DNA of 64,000 nucleotides from a bacterium (GCA_036004665.1 DASYRG010000008.1:10240-74239); one strand, 5' to 3'. Shown: positions 28,043 through 37,997, counted from the first letter of the stretch. Numbers and translations: made by a program. Notes: a model not told the origin generated them from the letters alone.

Positions 28043-30723
28043 GCGACCTTCGCCCGGACGTCAAGGTACGGTCGTGGCGCCGCTGGGCCGAAGGGATCGG
28101 GGTCATGGTGGCCACGGTGGCGGTCCTGCAGGCGCTCTCTGGGACTCCGCTGCGCGTGCCGAATCCCCCCGCGTTCCTGCTGGTGGCGATGGTCTTTGCC
28201 GCGTTCAGGAGTGGGCTTCGAACGGGGCTGATCGCCGCCGCCATCGCCTGCCTCTACATCGCGGTCTATTTCTCCTTGCCCGGACGCCCCTTCACATACA
28301 ACGCGGAGAACCTCCGGCGCGTGGCGGTCTGGGCAGCGGCCGCGCCGGCGATCGCGGCGATGGTCGGGCTGCAGCGCCGGCGGCTCGAGCAGGCGGGCGA
28401 CCTGCGGTACCGCGAGCTCTTCACCAACATCCCCACGGCGCTCTTCCAGGCGACGTCAGACGGCCGCTTTCTCGCGGTCAACCCCGCGTTCGCCTCGCTG
28501 TTCGGCTATCGCACCCCCGAGGAGCTTGCCGCCGCCGATGCTGGAAGCTTGTACGTCGACCCGCGTGACCGCCTGCGCTGGATCGAGATGATGGACCGGG
28601 AGGGGGCGGTGCGCGGCCACGAGATCCGAGTGCGGCGGCGGGACGGGACGATCATCTGGGTGCGCGAAACCGCGCGGGCCATCCGCGGGCCGGGCGGTCG
28701 CCTCCTGTACTACGACGGCAGCATGGAGGACATCACCGAGCACAAACGCGCCGAAGCGCAGGTGCGCAAACTCTCCCGCGCCACCGAGCAGGCCCCCAGC
28801 ATCGTGGTGATCACAGACACGGACGAGCGCATCGAGTACGTCAACCCGCGCTTCACCGAGATTACCGGCTACGATGCGGCGGAGGTGCTGGGACGGCCGG
28901 CGACAAGGCTCGCTGAGGACCTCCCGCCCGAGGACCAGCAGCGGCTGCGGGCCGCCCTGGAGGCGGGGCGGACCTGGCAAGGCGAGTTTCACGCCTACAA
29001 GAAGGACGGCGGCCGCTATTGGGAACGTGCGACCGTCTCCTCGCTGCGTGGCCCCGATGGGACGATCACCCACTTCATCAAGGTGGCGGAGGACGTTACG
29101 GAGCAAAAGGCCGCCCTGGAGTCCCGGCGCCAGACGGAGCAGCGGTTCCGGGCGCTGATTGAGCGGTCGCTCGATCTCATTTCGCTGGTCAGCGCCGAAG
29201 GGGTCCTGGTCTACGAAAGCCCTGCGGCTCAACAGATCTTGGGCTACGCCCCTGGTGAGCGGATTGGCCGCCGGGCTCTTGAGTTCATCCACCCCGATGA
29301 TCTCGATCGCGTTGGCGGCTTCCACCGCGACCTCTTGGCCCGCCCCGGGGGAAGTATCGCGGTTCACGTGAGGGTCCGGCACAAGGATGGGTCCTGGCGA
29401 TGGCTGGAAGGGTCGGCGACCAACCTGCTGCACGAACCCAGCGTGGGGGCGATCGTCGCCAATTACCGCGACGTCACCGAACGGAGGCTGATCGAGGACG
29501 AGATCCGCCGGCTCAACGTGCAGCTGGAGCAGCGGGTGATCGAGCGCACCGCGGAACTGCGCGACGCCAAGGAGGAAGCAGAGCGGGCGAACCGGGCGAA
29601 GTCGGATTTCCTCTCTCGGATGAGCCACGAACTGCGCACGCCGCTCAACGCCATCCTGGGGTTCGCGCAGCTGCTGGAGATGGAACCGCTGGCCGAGGAG
29701 CAGCGAGACTCCGTACGCCAGATCCTCAGGGGAGGGCAGCACCTCCTTCGTCTGGTCAACGAGGTGCTCGACATCACCCGCATCGAGGCCGGGAACACAC
29801 CTCCCTCACTGGAACCGGTCGGCTTGGCGGCCATCGTGGAGGAGAGCCTGGATCTGATCATGCCGCTGGCGGCGCAGCGGCAGATCCAGGTGGTCAATGC
29901 CACCCCCGAGGCCTGGGAGCGTTACGTGCACGCGGACAGCCAGCGGCTCAAGCAGGTGCTGCTGAATGTGCTCAGCAACGCCGTGAAATTCAACCGGGAT
30001 GGGGGCATCGTCCGGCTCTCCTGCGAGGACCGTCCCAACGGCCGGCTGCGCATCGGGGTCGCCGACACGGGCGTGGGCATCCCGCACGACCGGCTGCCCC
30101 GCCTCTTCATCCCCTTCGAGCGCTTGGGGGCCGAGCAGATCGGGGTGGAGGGGACGGGGCTGGGGCTGGCGCACTCACGGGCGCTCGTCGACTCCATGGG
30201 CGGCGAAATCGGCGTGGAGACTGAGCCGGGGAGAGGAAGCCTCTTCTGGGTCGATCTGCTTCCATCCGAGGATCCTTCCCTCCGCCGTGATCTGGACGGG
30301 GCGTCCATGGCGGTCGCCCCGGTGCGCCCGCACTCCACCCGCACCGTCCTCTACATCGACAATAACCTCAGCAACCATACGCTGATGGAACGGTTCCTGG
30401 CGCAGCGGCCTGACGTCCGACTGGTTGCCGCGATGCAGGGGCGGCTGGGTCTGGACCTCGCCAGGCAGCACCATCCGGCGTTGATCCTGCTTGACCTGCA
30501 CCTGGATGACCTCACCGGCGAGGAGGTCCTCCGGCGGCTGCAGAGCGATCCCGCCACGGCGCGCATCCCCGTGGTGATCATCAGCGCCGACACGACGCCG
30601 GGCCAGACCGAGGGACTGCTGGCCTTGGGTGCGCGCGATTTCCTCCCGAAGCCGCTCGATCTCAGGCGCCTGCAGGCGACGCTGGCCGAGGCGCTGACCG
30701 AACGGAGCGGGGTCCGGCCGTGA
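28039..30723 (+). CDS. hybrid sensor histidine kinase with four PAS domains (TM-PAS4-HisKA-HATPase-REC)
   Basis: ATG overlaps the upstream stop (ATGA). Two TM helices, four PAS/PAC repeats, H-box FLSRMSHELRTPLNAILGFAQLLEM, ATPase boxes, receiver domain. Confidence 0.85.
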   Translation: MSDLRPDVKVRSWRRWAEGIGVMVATVAVLQALSGTPLRVPNPPAFLLVAMVFAAFRSGLRTGLIAAAIACLYIAVYFSLPGRPFTYNAENLRRVAVWAAAAPAIAAMVGLQRRRLEQAGDLRYRELFTNIPTALFQATSDGRFLAVNPAFASLFGYRTPEELAAADAGSLYVDPRDRLRWIEMMDREGAVRGHEIRVRRRDGTIIWVRETARAIRGPGGRLLYYDGSMEDITEHKRAEAQVRKLSRATEQAPSIVVITDTDERIEYVNPRFTEITGYDAAEVLGRPATRLAEDLPPEDQQRLRAALEAGRTWQGEFHAYKKDGGRYWERATVSSLRGPDGTITHFIKVAEDVTEQKAALESRRQTEQRFRALIERSLDLISLVSAEGVLVYESPAAQQILGYAPGERIGRRALEFIHPDDLDRVGGFHRDLLARPGGSIAVHVRVRHKDGSWRWLEGSATNLLHEPSVGAIVANYRDVTERRLIEDEIRRLNVQLEQRVIERTAELRDAKEEAERANRAKSDFLSRMSHELRTPLNAILGFAQLLEMEPLAEEQRDSVRQILRGGQHLLRLVNEVLDITRIEAGNTPPSLEPVGLAAIVEESLDLIMPLAAQRQIQVVNATPEAWERYVHADSQRLKQVLLNVLSNAVKFNRDGGIVRLSCEDRPNGRLRIGVADTGVGIPHDRLPRLFIPFERLGAEQIGVEGTGLGLAHSRALVDSMGGEIGVETEPGRGSLFWVDLLPSEDPSLRRDLDGASMAVAPVRPHSTRTVLYIDNNLSNHTLMERFLAQRPDVRLVAAMQGRLGLDLARQHHPALILLDLHLDDLTGEEVLRRLQSDPATARIPVVIISADTTPGQTEGLLALGARDFLPKPLDLRRLQATLAEALTERSGVRP

Positions 30724-31106
30724 CCACCATTCTCTACATCGAGGACAACCGTTCCAATCTCGAGTTGGTGCAGCGCGTCTTGGCTCGGCGGCCGGGGGTG
30801 ACGCTGCTGGTGGCCACCCAGGGACAGCCGGGGCTGGAGATGGCGCGCACGCAGGTGCCGGATCTCATCCTCCTCGACCTGCATCTCCCGGATATGATCG
30901 GGGAGGAGGTGCTGCGCCACCTCCGCGAGACGCCGCAGACCCGGGAGGTCCCCGTGGTCGTGATCAGCGCCGACGCCATCCCCGCGCAGATCGAGCGTTT
31001 GCTGGCCGCGGGCGCGCAAGCCTACTTGACCAAGCCGCTGGACGTCAAACAGTTTCTGTCCCTGCTGGACCAGATCGTCGCGGCCCGGCCCTCTGCGGCG
31101 GGATGA
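30720..31106 (+). CDS. single-domain response regulator (CheY-like)
   Basis: 128 aa receiver only: ILYIEDN...LILLDLHLPD...VVVISAD...YLTKP. GTG overlaps the upstream stop. Confidence 0.85.
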   Translation: MTTILYIEDNRSNLELVQRVLARRPGVTLLVATQGQPGLEMARTQVPDLILLDLHLPDMIGEEVLRHLRETPQTREVPVVVISADAIPAQIERLLAAGAQAYLTKPLDVKQFLSLLDQIVAARPSAAG

Positions 31107-31119
31107 GGGGAACCGACGC

Positions 31120-32229
31120 ATGATTGATGACGCCGCACTGAAGCAGGCCTGCATCCTGATCGTGGACGATCAGGAGGCCAACGTCCGCCTCCTCGAGCGC
31201 ATCCTCCGCCAGGTCGGCTATGCCAACGTGCGCACCACCACCGATCCCCGTGACGTCGCCGGGATGGTGGACGCCGCTCCCCCAGACCTGATCCTGCTCG
31301 ATCTCCTGATGCCCCACCTCGACGGCCACGAGGTGCTGGCCCGACTGCAGCCGCACCTGGAGGCGGAAGGGTATCTCCCCATTCTGGTGCTCACCGCCGA
31401 CATCACAGCCGATGCCAAGCAACGGGCGCTCTCGGGGGGCGCCAAGGACTTTCTCACCAAACCCTTCGACGCGATGGAAGTGCTGCTGCGCATCCGCAAC
31501 CTGCTGGAAGCGCGTTTCCTCTACCAGCAGGTGGCGCGCCAGAACGTGATCCTGGAGGAGAAGGTGAGCGAGCGCACCCTGGACCTGGAGGAGGCCAAGT
31601 TCGAAACGCTGGACCGGTTGGCCCGCGCCGCGGAGTTTCGCGATGACCAGACCGGCCAGCACACCTACAGGGTCGGCCGCCTGGCGGCGGACATCGCTCA
31701 GGCCCTGGGGCTGGAGGCTGCGCGCGTGAAGATAATCCGGCGCGCGGCGCCCCTTCATGACGTCGGCAAGATCGGCATCCCGGACCGGATCTTGCTCAAG
31801 CCCGGCACGCTCACCCGCGAGGAATTCGACGTGATGAAGACTCACACAAACATCGGCGCCGGGATCCTCGGAGGCAGCCGCTTCGCCCTGATGCAGCTGG
31901 CAGCGGAGATCGCGCTCACCCACCACGAGCGCTGGGATGGCGGCGGGTTCCCGCTGGGCCTGGAAGGCGATCGGATCCTACCGGAGGCGCGCATTGTGTC
32001 GGTGGCCGACGCCTTCGACGCGATGACCTCGGATCGTCCTTACCGCCGTGCCCTGCCACAAGAGGACGCATGGGAGATTCTCTGGGGTGGCGCGGGGTCG
32101 CAGTGGGATGAAGAGGTCGTGGAGGCGCTGGCGGACGCGATCGACCGGCCGCCGGAGGAGGTGGTCCACCATGGCGACGGTGCCGCAAGCGGCAGACGTC
32201 CTCAGGTGGCTGCGGACCCGCGCCGCTGA
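31120..32229 (+). CDS. response regulator with HD-GYP phosphodiesterase domain (RpfG-like)
   Basis: REC (ILIVDDQEANVRLL...LILLDLLMP...KDFLTKP) plus HD-GYP: HTYRVG...PLHDVGKIGIPD...HHERWDGGGFP (GFP variant of GYP). Confidence 0.85.
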   Translation: MIDDAALKQACILIVDDQEANVRLLERILRQVGYANVRTTTDPRDVAGMVDAAPPDLILLDLLMPHLDGHEVLARLQPHLEAEGYLPILVLTADITADAKQRALSGGAKDFLTKPFDAMEVLLRIRNLLEARFLYQQVARQNVILEEKVSERTLDLEEAKFETLDRLARAAEFRDDQTGQHTYRVGRLAADIAQALGLEAARVKIIRRAAPLHDVGKIGIPDRILLKPGTLTREEFDVMKTHTNIGAGILGGSRFALMQLAAEIALTHHERWDGGGFPLGLEGDRILPEARIVSVADAFDAMTSDRPYRRALPQEDAWEILWGGAGSQWDEEVVEALADAIDRPPEEVVHHGDGAASGRRPQVAADPRR

Positions 32230-33796
32230 CGGCCTGACCGCGGACGGAGCGCCGTTCCGCCGGCTGCGCCGGTTGCCGCACCGCTACTGGCGCGGGCTTG
32301 TCATCCTGGCGGCCATCTACGCTCACGTGCTGGTGTTTCCGTCCCTCTATCGTATGCTCGGAGGCGGCGCCCCCGCCTTTGCCGTGGTACTGACGATTCT
32401 CTCTGCGGCGTTCTGGGGGATGAGAGGCGGGCTGCTCTGCGCCATCACGATCTCGCTGCTGGTCGTCCTCCAGCTGGACGTCCTGGAACGGCTCTCCGGC
32501 GTTGGGGCGATGTACCGTCAGGGCGCGCCAGGTGCCTTCACCTTGCTGCTCGTCGGTGCGACCATCGGGCGTCTGCGCGATCTCAGCGACAGGGTGCGGC
32601 GCGAGCTGGGCAAACGGCGGGAGGCGGAGGCGGCGGCGGATGCCGCCAACCGGGCCAAGAGCCAGTTCCTCTCCCGGATGAGCCACGAGCTGCGCACGCC
32701 GCTCAACTCCATTCTCGGCTTCGCTCAACTCCTGGACCTGGACCCGCTCTCACCCGACCAGCGCGAGAGTGTGGCCCACATCCTGCGGGGGGGCGAGCAC
32801 CTCCTGGCCTTGGTCAATGAGGTGCTGGACATCTCCCGGATTGAGGCCGGCCACCTGACCATCTCTCGCGAGGTCGTGCCGGTGGCCGCCGTTTTCCGGG
32901 AGGCTGTGGACATGATCCGCCCCCTCGCCGCGGAACGGTCGGTGCACCTCTATGAGACGACGGCGACGACCGCGTGGACCGTACAGGCAGACCGCCAGCG
33001 GGTGAAGCAAATCATGGTCAACCTGCTCAGCAACGCCGTCAAGTTCAACCGGGTCGGCGGGACGGTCACCCTCTCGTGTGAAGAGGTCCCCGGCCGGCGC
33101 CTACGGATTCAGGTGCGGGATACGGGGCGGGGGATTCCGGCCGCGGAGATGAGCCGCGTCTTCGTACCCTTCGCGCGTCCAGGCGCCGAGGCCGCCGGGG
33201 TGGAGGGAGTGGGCATCGGGCTGGCGCTCTCCAAAGCGCTGGTGGGGTTGATGGAAGGGAGCATCGGCGTCGCCAGCGTCGTGGGAGAAGGGAGTACGTT
33301 CTGGGTGGACCTCCCGCTCGCGGATGTCGACGCCAACGCCGCGTCATCTGTGGTACAGGAGGATCCTCCGCCTGGCGCCGCCCGCGCCGAGGACCGTGTG
33401 CCGGTCGTGCTTTACGTAGATGAGAACCCCGCCGATCTCGAGTTACTCAGATCCCTCGTCACCGGCCGCTTCCGGGTGCGCTTCACCACGGCCGCCAGCG
33501 CCGCCGTGGGACTGCAGCTGGCCGCAAGGCAGCGTCCCGATCTCATTCTGCTGGCAATGGACCTCCCCGATCTGACCGGCGAGGAGATGCTCTACCGGCT
33601 CAAGGCCCTTCCCTCTGCAGGGGCTACTCCGGTGGTGATGATCGGAGGGGATGCCACCTCGGGACAGATCGAGCGGCTGCTGGCCCAGGGGGTCAGCGGG
33701 TACATTCCAAAGCCCGTGAACGTGCGCCAGGTCGTCAAGGTCCTTGAGGCCGGGCTCGACGCTCAGGGAGACGGAAGAGGACGTGGAGGCCCATGA
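32171..33796 (+). CDS. hybrid sensor histidine kinase (membrane-HisKA-HATPase-REC)
   Basis: 4-5 TM helices, H-box FLSRMSHELRTPLNSILGFAQLLDL, ATPase boxes, C-terminal receiver. ATG 32171 would overlap the upstream gene by 59 nt; an in-frame TTG at 32273 is an alternative start. Confidence 0.8.
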   Translation: MATVPQAADVLRWLRTRAADGLTADGAPFRRLRRLPHRYWRGLVILAAIYAHVLVFPSLYRMLGGGAPAFAVVLTILSAAFWGMRGGLLCAITISLLVVLQLDVLERLSGVGAMYRQGAPGAFTLLLVGATIGRLRDLSDRVRRELGKRREAEAAADAANRAKSQFLSRMSHELRTPLNSILGFAQLLDLDPLSPDQRESVAHILRGGEHLLALVNEVLDISRIEAGHLTISREVVPVAAVFREAVDMIRPLAAERSVHLYETTATTAWTVQADRQRVKQIMVNLLSNAVKFNRVGGTVTLSCEEVPGRRLRIQVRDTGRGIPAAEMSRVFVPFARPGAEAAGVEGVGIGLALSKALVGLMEGSIGVASVVGEGSTFWVDLPLADVDANAASSVVQEDPPPGAARAEDRVPVVLYVDENPADLELLRSLVTGRFRVRFTTAASAAVGLQLAARQRPDLILLAMDLPDLTGEEMLYRLKALPSAGATPVVMIGGDATSGQIERLLAQGVSGYIPKPVNVRQVVKVLEAGLDAQGDGRGRGGP

Positions 33797-35805
33797 CGAC
33801 GGTGGAACGACCCAACGGGTCGAGACCGCCTCGCATTCTGGCCGTGGACGACCAGCCGGCTAACCTGACGCTGGTGCGGAAGATCCTCACCCCGGCGGGT
33901 TTCGAAGTGGGGGAGGCGCGCTCGGGCGCGGAGGCGCTGGCCACGGCCCGGGAGCGGCCGCCCGACCTCATCCTGCTGGACATGCACCTGCCGGACATGC
34001 ACGGTTTGGAAGTCCTGCGCCGCCTCCGTGAGAGCGCCTGGGGCGCCGGCCTGAAGGTGGTGGCGATGTCTGCCCTGGCCAATCCCGAGGATCAGCGTCT
34101 CTGGCTGCGCGCGGGCTGTCTGGGTGCGATCGAGAAGCCGATTACGGTGGCGACGTTCGTCGAGACCGTCATCGGGTTTCTCACCGCGCCGGAGGACGGG
34201 GCGGAGCAGCCCTTCGCCCTGCCTGGGGATTGGGCCGAACGCGACCGCCTGGGCGACATCCTCGTAGCGGCGGGGCTCACCTCCTCGGAGCAACTGGCCC
34301 GGGCGGTGGCGATCCAGCGGTCCAGCGGCAAACGCCTCGGCCAGATCCTCGTCGAACAGGGCGCCGTCTCCGAAGACGACATCGCCTGGGCTCTGTCTAG
34401 CCAGCTGGGCTACCCCTACATCTTTCTCACGCCGGACATCATCGACGAGGGCGCCGCGCGGGCGCTCCCGGACGACTTCCTGCGGCAGCGGCGCGTGCTG
34501 CCCATCCTGCGGTTTGGCGAGGAGATGACTCTGGCGATGGCCGACCCCACCGATCAGCGCACGGTGGACGAGGTGGCCGGCCGCACGCGGCTCGCCGTGA
34601 AGCGGGCGCTGGCGCTGGGCTCGAACATCGAGGCCATGCTCGACCGTCTCTTCGCGTGGCCGCGCGCCACCCCAGACGCCGAGGTCACCGCGGAGGCGCA
34701 ATACCTCCAGTTCCATCTGGTCCAGGCGCTGCAGCAGGACGCCGTGGAGATCCACTTCGATCCGGCCGACGAAGGGCAGGCCAGAGTGCGGTACCGGCTA
34801 TGGGGCGACCTGGTGGATCGAGCCGCTCAGCCGGCCGAACTGCACGCCGCCGTCCTCCGTCACCTGCGTCGCCTCACGGGCGCCGGAGAGGAGGCGGCCA
34901 CCGTCGCCGGAGCCCCTGTTATCGCGGCCGGCCATGACCTCTACCTTCGGGCGGCCTTCCTGCCCACCACGGCCGGCCCGGCCGCGACCGTGACGCTGTA
35001 TCCCCGCCGTGCGGAGGTCCCCTCTCTCCTGCCACTGGGCGTGCCGGAGCGGACTGTGGGCATCGTCCGCAAAGCCTTGGGGGCCGCGCGGGGGCTGGTC
35101 CTGGTGGGCTGCGCCGATGGCCTCCTGCGGTCCACGCTGCTGCACGCCCTGCTCCCGGAGGTGCAGCGGGGAAAGGTGTGGACGCTGGAGACGCTGCCGG
35201 TCTACCGCCGTCCGACGCTCAACCAGACCACGTTCGTGCGGCCGGAGGAGGCCCCCGCGCACCTGCGCGCTGCCGCGGCGGCGGGGGCGGACCTCCTCGC
35301 GCTCGACGACATCGGAGGGCGCGGGGGGCTAACGGCGGCCTGTGAGATCGGCGCTGCCCGGATGATCCTGGCGGCCCATCCGCACGACGAGACTGCCGGG
35401 CTTCTGGCGCTCCTCGTCGAGGCGGCGGGGGCGGCCTCGGCTGCGGCGGCGCTGCGCGCCGTGGTGACCGCCCGGCCCATCCGGCTGCTCTGCCCCTCCT
35501 GCAAGGAGGCGACGATACCGGAAGCCGCAGTCCCGGAGGCCGGACTCGCCAGAGGCGCCCACACGTTCAGCCCGCGAGGGTGCGAAGCCTGCGGCTTCAC
35601 CGGGTTCCGCGGCCGGCGCCTGCTCACGGCGCTGTGGCTCGTCGACGGGGACGACCGGGGGCTCCTGCGCGCCGGACAGACCGAGGCGCTGTACGACCGC
35701 GTGGCCCGGGAGAGCGCCGAGTCCCTGCGGGAGCAGGGCCGTTCACTGGTGGAGGACGGCCTCACCTCCCCGGCGGAACTGGCGCGGCTGATCGAGGACG
35801 CCTGA
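33793..35805 (+). CDS. REC-(MshEN/T2SSE_N)x2-degenerate GspE/PilB-like ATPase domain protein
   Basis: N-terminal receiver (ILAVDDQPANL...LILLDMHLPD). Two tandem RLGxxLVxxG...Q motifs (RLGDILVAAGLTSSEQLARAVAIQ; RLGQILVEQGAVSEDDIAWALSSQ) of the c-di-GMP-binding MshEN type. C-terminal GspE-like fold retains the CxxC...CxxC tetracysteine, but Walker A (LVGCADGLLRS), Walker B (LLALDDIGG) and His box (ILAAHPHDE) are degenerate. Confidence 0.8.
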   Translation: MTTVERPNGSRPPRILAVDDQPANLTLVRKILTPAGFEVGEARSGAEALATARERPPDLILLDMHLPDMHGLEVLRRLRESAWGAGLKVVAMSALANPEDQRLWLRAGCLGAIEKPITVATFVETVIGFLTAPEDGAEQPFALPGDWAERDRLGDILVAAGLTSSEQLARAVAIQRSSGKRLGQILVEQGAVSEDDIAWALSSQLGYPYIFLTPDIIDEGAARALPDDFLRQRRVLPILRFGEEMTLAMADPTDQRTVDEVAGRTRLAVKRALALGSNIEAMLDRLFAWPRATPDAEVTAEAQYLQFHLVQALQQDAVEIHFDPADEGQARVRYRLWGDLVDRAAQPAELHAAVLRHLRRLTGAGEEAATVAGAPVIAAGHDLYLRAAFLPTTAGPAATVTLYPRRAEVPSLLPLGVPERTVGIVRKALGAARGLVLVGCADGLLRSTLLHALLPEVQRGKVWTLETLPVYRRPTLNQTTFVRPEEAPAHLRAAAAAGADLLALDDIGGRGGLTAACEIGAARMILAAHPHDETAGLLALLVEAAGAASAAAALRAVVTARPIRLLCPSCKEATIPEAAVPEAGLARGAHTFSPRGCEACGFTGFRGRRLLTALWLVDGDDRGLLRAGQTEALYDRVARESAESLREQGRSLVEDGLTSPAELARLIEDA

Positions 35806-35832
35806 CGGGCGTCGGCTGATCGAGGGCGATTC

Positions 35833-36930
35833 ATGGACATCACTGACCTGTTGGTGCTCACTAAAGAACGCGGCGCCTCCGACCTGCACCTCACGGCGGG
35901 CGCCCCGCCGACGCTGCGCGTCCACGGCACCCTGGTGCGTCTCGACGGCGCGCCGCAGAGCCGGGAGCAGATCCACGGCATGCTCTACGACATCCTCACC
36001 GATCAGCAGAAGGCGCGCTTCGAGGCCACGCACGATCTGGACTTCTCGCTGGAACTCGACGGGGTCGGCCGCTTTCGCGTCAACGCCTTCATGCAGCGGT
36101 TGGGGGAGGGGATGGTGATGCGCCTCATTCCCGCCGACATACGCACCCTCGATGCGCTCGGCATGCCGGCGGTGCTGAAGGATCTGGCGCTGCGCGAGCG
36201 CGGGCTCGTCCTGGTCACCGGACCGACCGGGTCGGGGAAATCGACCACGCTGGCGGCGATCGTCCATCACCGCAACGAGGAGCGGGCCGACCATATCATC
36301 ACGATTGAGGATCCGATCGAGTACGTGCACGCCCCACGCAAGTGCAACATCAACCAGCGGGAGGTCGGTCCCCACACCGACTCCTTCGCCGCCGCCCTGC
36401 GTGGCGCGCTGCGCGAGGACCCCGACGTCATCTTGGTCGGGGAGATGCGCGACCTGGAGACGATCTCCCTGGCCCTCACCGCCGCCGAGACCGGCCACCT
36501 GGTCCTGGCCACCCTGCACACGAACAGCGCTCCGCAAACGGTCAGCCGCATCGTCGACGCCTTCCCCGCGTACCAGCAGGAGCAGATCCGCACGCAGCTG
36601 GCCGAGGCGATGCTGGGCGTGATCGCCCAGACGCTCATTCCCACCGCGGATGGCAAAGGGCGCGTGGCCGCCATCGAGGTGATGGTGGCAACCCCCGCGG
36701 TGCGCAACATGATCCGTGAGAACAAGACGCACCAGCTGCCCTCCGCTATCCAGACCGGCGCCCGCGACGGGATGCAGAGCCTCGACCAGCACCTCAAGAC
36801 GCTGGTGAAACTGCGCAAGATCGATCAGGCGGAGGCGCTGAAGAAGGCGGAGCACCCCGACGCCTTGCTGCAGGACCGCGCTCCCCTGGCCGGCGCCGAC
36901 ATCCTCGGACCCGCCCCCCGCCGGCCGTGA
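35833..36930 (+). CDS. pilT: type IV pilus retraction ATPase PilT
   Basis: GLVLVTGPTGSGKSTT Walker A, IITIEDPIEYVH Asp box, ILVGEMRD Walker B, LTAAETGHLVLATLHTNSA His box. Confidence 0.9.
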   Translation: MDITDLLVLTKERGASDLHLTAGAPPTLRVHGTLVRLDGAPQSREQIHGMLYDILTDQQKARFEATHDLDFSLELDGVGRFRVNAFMQRLGEGMVMRLIPADIRTLDALGMPAVLKDLALRERGLVLVTGPTGSGKSTTLAAIVHHRNEERADHIITIEDPIEYVHAPRKCNINQREVGPHTDSFAAALRGALREDPDVILVGEMRDLETISLALTAAETGHLVLATLHTNSAPQTVSRIVDAFPAYQQEQIRTQLAEAMLGVIAQTLIPTADGKGRVAAIEVMVATPAVRNMIRENKTHQLPSAIQTGARDGMQSLDQHLKTLVKLRKIDQAEALKKAEHPDALLQDRAPLAGADILGPAPRRP

Positions 36931-37997
36931 CGCACATCGACGACCTGCTCATCAGCATGGAGGCGCACGACGCCTCCGACCTCTACCTCAAGACCGGATC
37001 GCCGCCTGTCTTGCGCGTGGCGGGGACGCTCCGGCCGGCCGGGGAGACGCCCCTCTCCGACGAGGCGATCCTGCGGCTGGCAGAGGAGATGATGACCGAG
37101 CGCCACCGCCGCGACTTCGAGGAGCGCCGCCGCGCTGACATTGCCTATACCTCTACAACGCTGGGGCGCTTTCGCGCCAACGTCTACGTCCAGCGGGGCT
37201 CGCCCGCGGTGGTGATCCGCCGGGTGCGGAGCCAGATCCCGTCCTTCGAGGAGCTGCGCCTCCCGCCGGTCGTCGCCGACCTGGCCCTCGCCCCGCGCGG
37301 ACTGGTGCTGGTGACCGGGCAGACCGGATCGGGCAAGTCCACGACGCTGGCGGCGATGGTCGCCCACCGCAGCCGCGAGCGGGCCGGGCACATCGTCACG
37401 ATCGAGGATCCCATCGAGTTCGTGCACGCCGACGCCGCCAGCCTGGTCAGCCAGCGCGAGATCGGCACCGACTGCGAATCCTACAGCCTGGCGCTGCGGG
37501 ACGCCCTGCGCCAGGCCCCTGACGTCATCCTGATCGGGGAGATCCGCGACGAGGAGTCTGCGACGGCCGCCGTCCATTTCGCCGAGACCGGCCACCTGGT
37601 GCTCTCCACGCTGCACTCCACCAATGCCAGCCAGACCCTGGAGCGGTTGCTGCACTTCTTTCCTCCGGTCGCCCACGTGGGCGTGGCCCTGCAGCTCTCC
37701 CTCAACCTGATCGGTCTCGTCTCCCAGCGTCTCGTCCCTCTCCCCGACGGGACGGGGCGCGTGGTTGCCGTGGAGGTGTTGCTCTCGACGCCGCGCATCC
37801 GCGAGTTGCTGCGCAACGCCGACCTGGCGGGTATCCGCACGGTGATGCAGTCGGCCGCCGGCATTCAGGAGGGGATGCAGACCTTCGACTACGCCATTTA
37901 CCAGCTGATCCAGCAGGGGCTGGTCGACGTCGAAGCGGCGATGGCGGCCGCGGACAGCCCCAACGATCTCCGGTTGCGGTTGAAGGGGCTGCGCTGA
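36927..37997 (+). CDS. second PilT/PilU-type pilus retraction ATPase
   Basis: GLVLVTGQTGSGKSTT, IVTIEDPIEFVH, ILIGEIRD, ETGHLVLSTLHSTNA. GTG overlaps the pilT stop. Confidence 0.9.
   Translation: MTHIDDLLISMEAHDASDLYLKTGSPPVLRVAGTLRPAGETPLSDEAILRLAEEMMTERHRRDFEERRRADIAYTSTTLGRFRANVYVQRGSPAVVIRRVRSQIPSFEELRLPPVVADLALAPRGLVLVTGQTGSGKSTTLAAMVAHRSRERAGHIVTIEDPIEFVHADAASLVSQREIGTDCESYSLALRDALRQAPDVILIGEIRDEESATAAVHFAETGHLVLSTLHSTNASQTLERLLHFFPPVAHVGVALQLSLNLIGLVSQRLVPLPDGTGRVVAVEVLLSTPRIRELLRNADLAGIRTVMQSAAGIQEGMQTFDYAIYQLIQQGLVDVEAAMAAADSPNDLRLRLKGLR

Noticed and set aside
32048-32170. Upstream extension of the hybrid kinase 3 ORF starting at 32048
   Set aside because: It would overlap the HD-GYP gene by 180 nt in another frame. 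The first plausible start is ATG 32171, and even that overlaps by 59 nt, so TTG 32273 remains possible.
26899-32700. Recurring ~45-nt near-identical DNA segments (around 26899, 29611, 32659) considered as a repeat array or CRISPR
   Set aside because: They are the H-box coding regions of three paralogous kinases, irregularly spaced by kilobases. There is no repeat-spacer periodicity.
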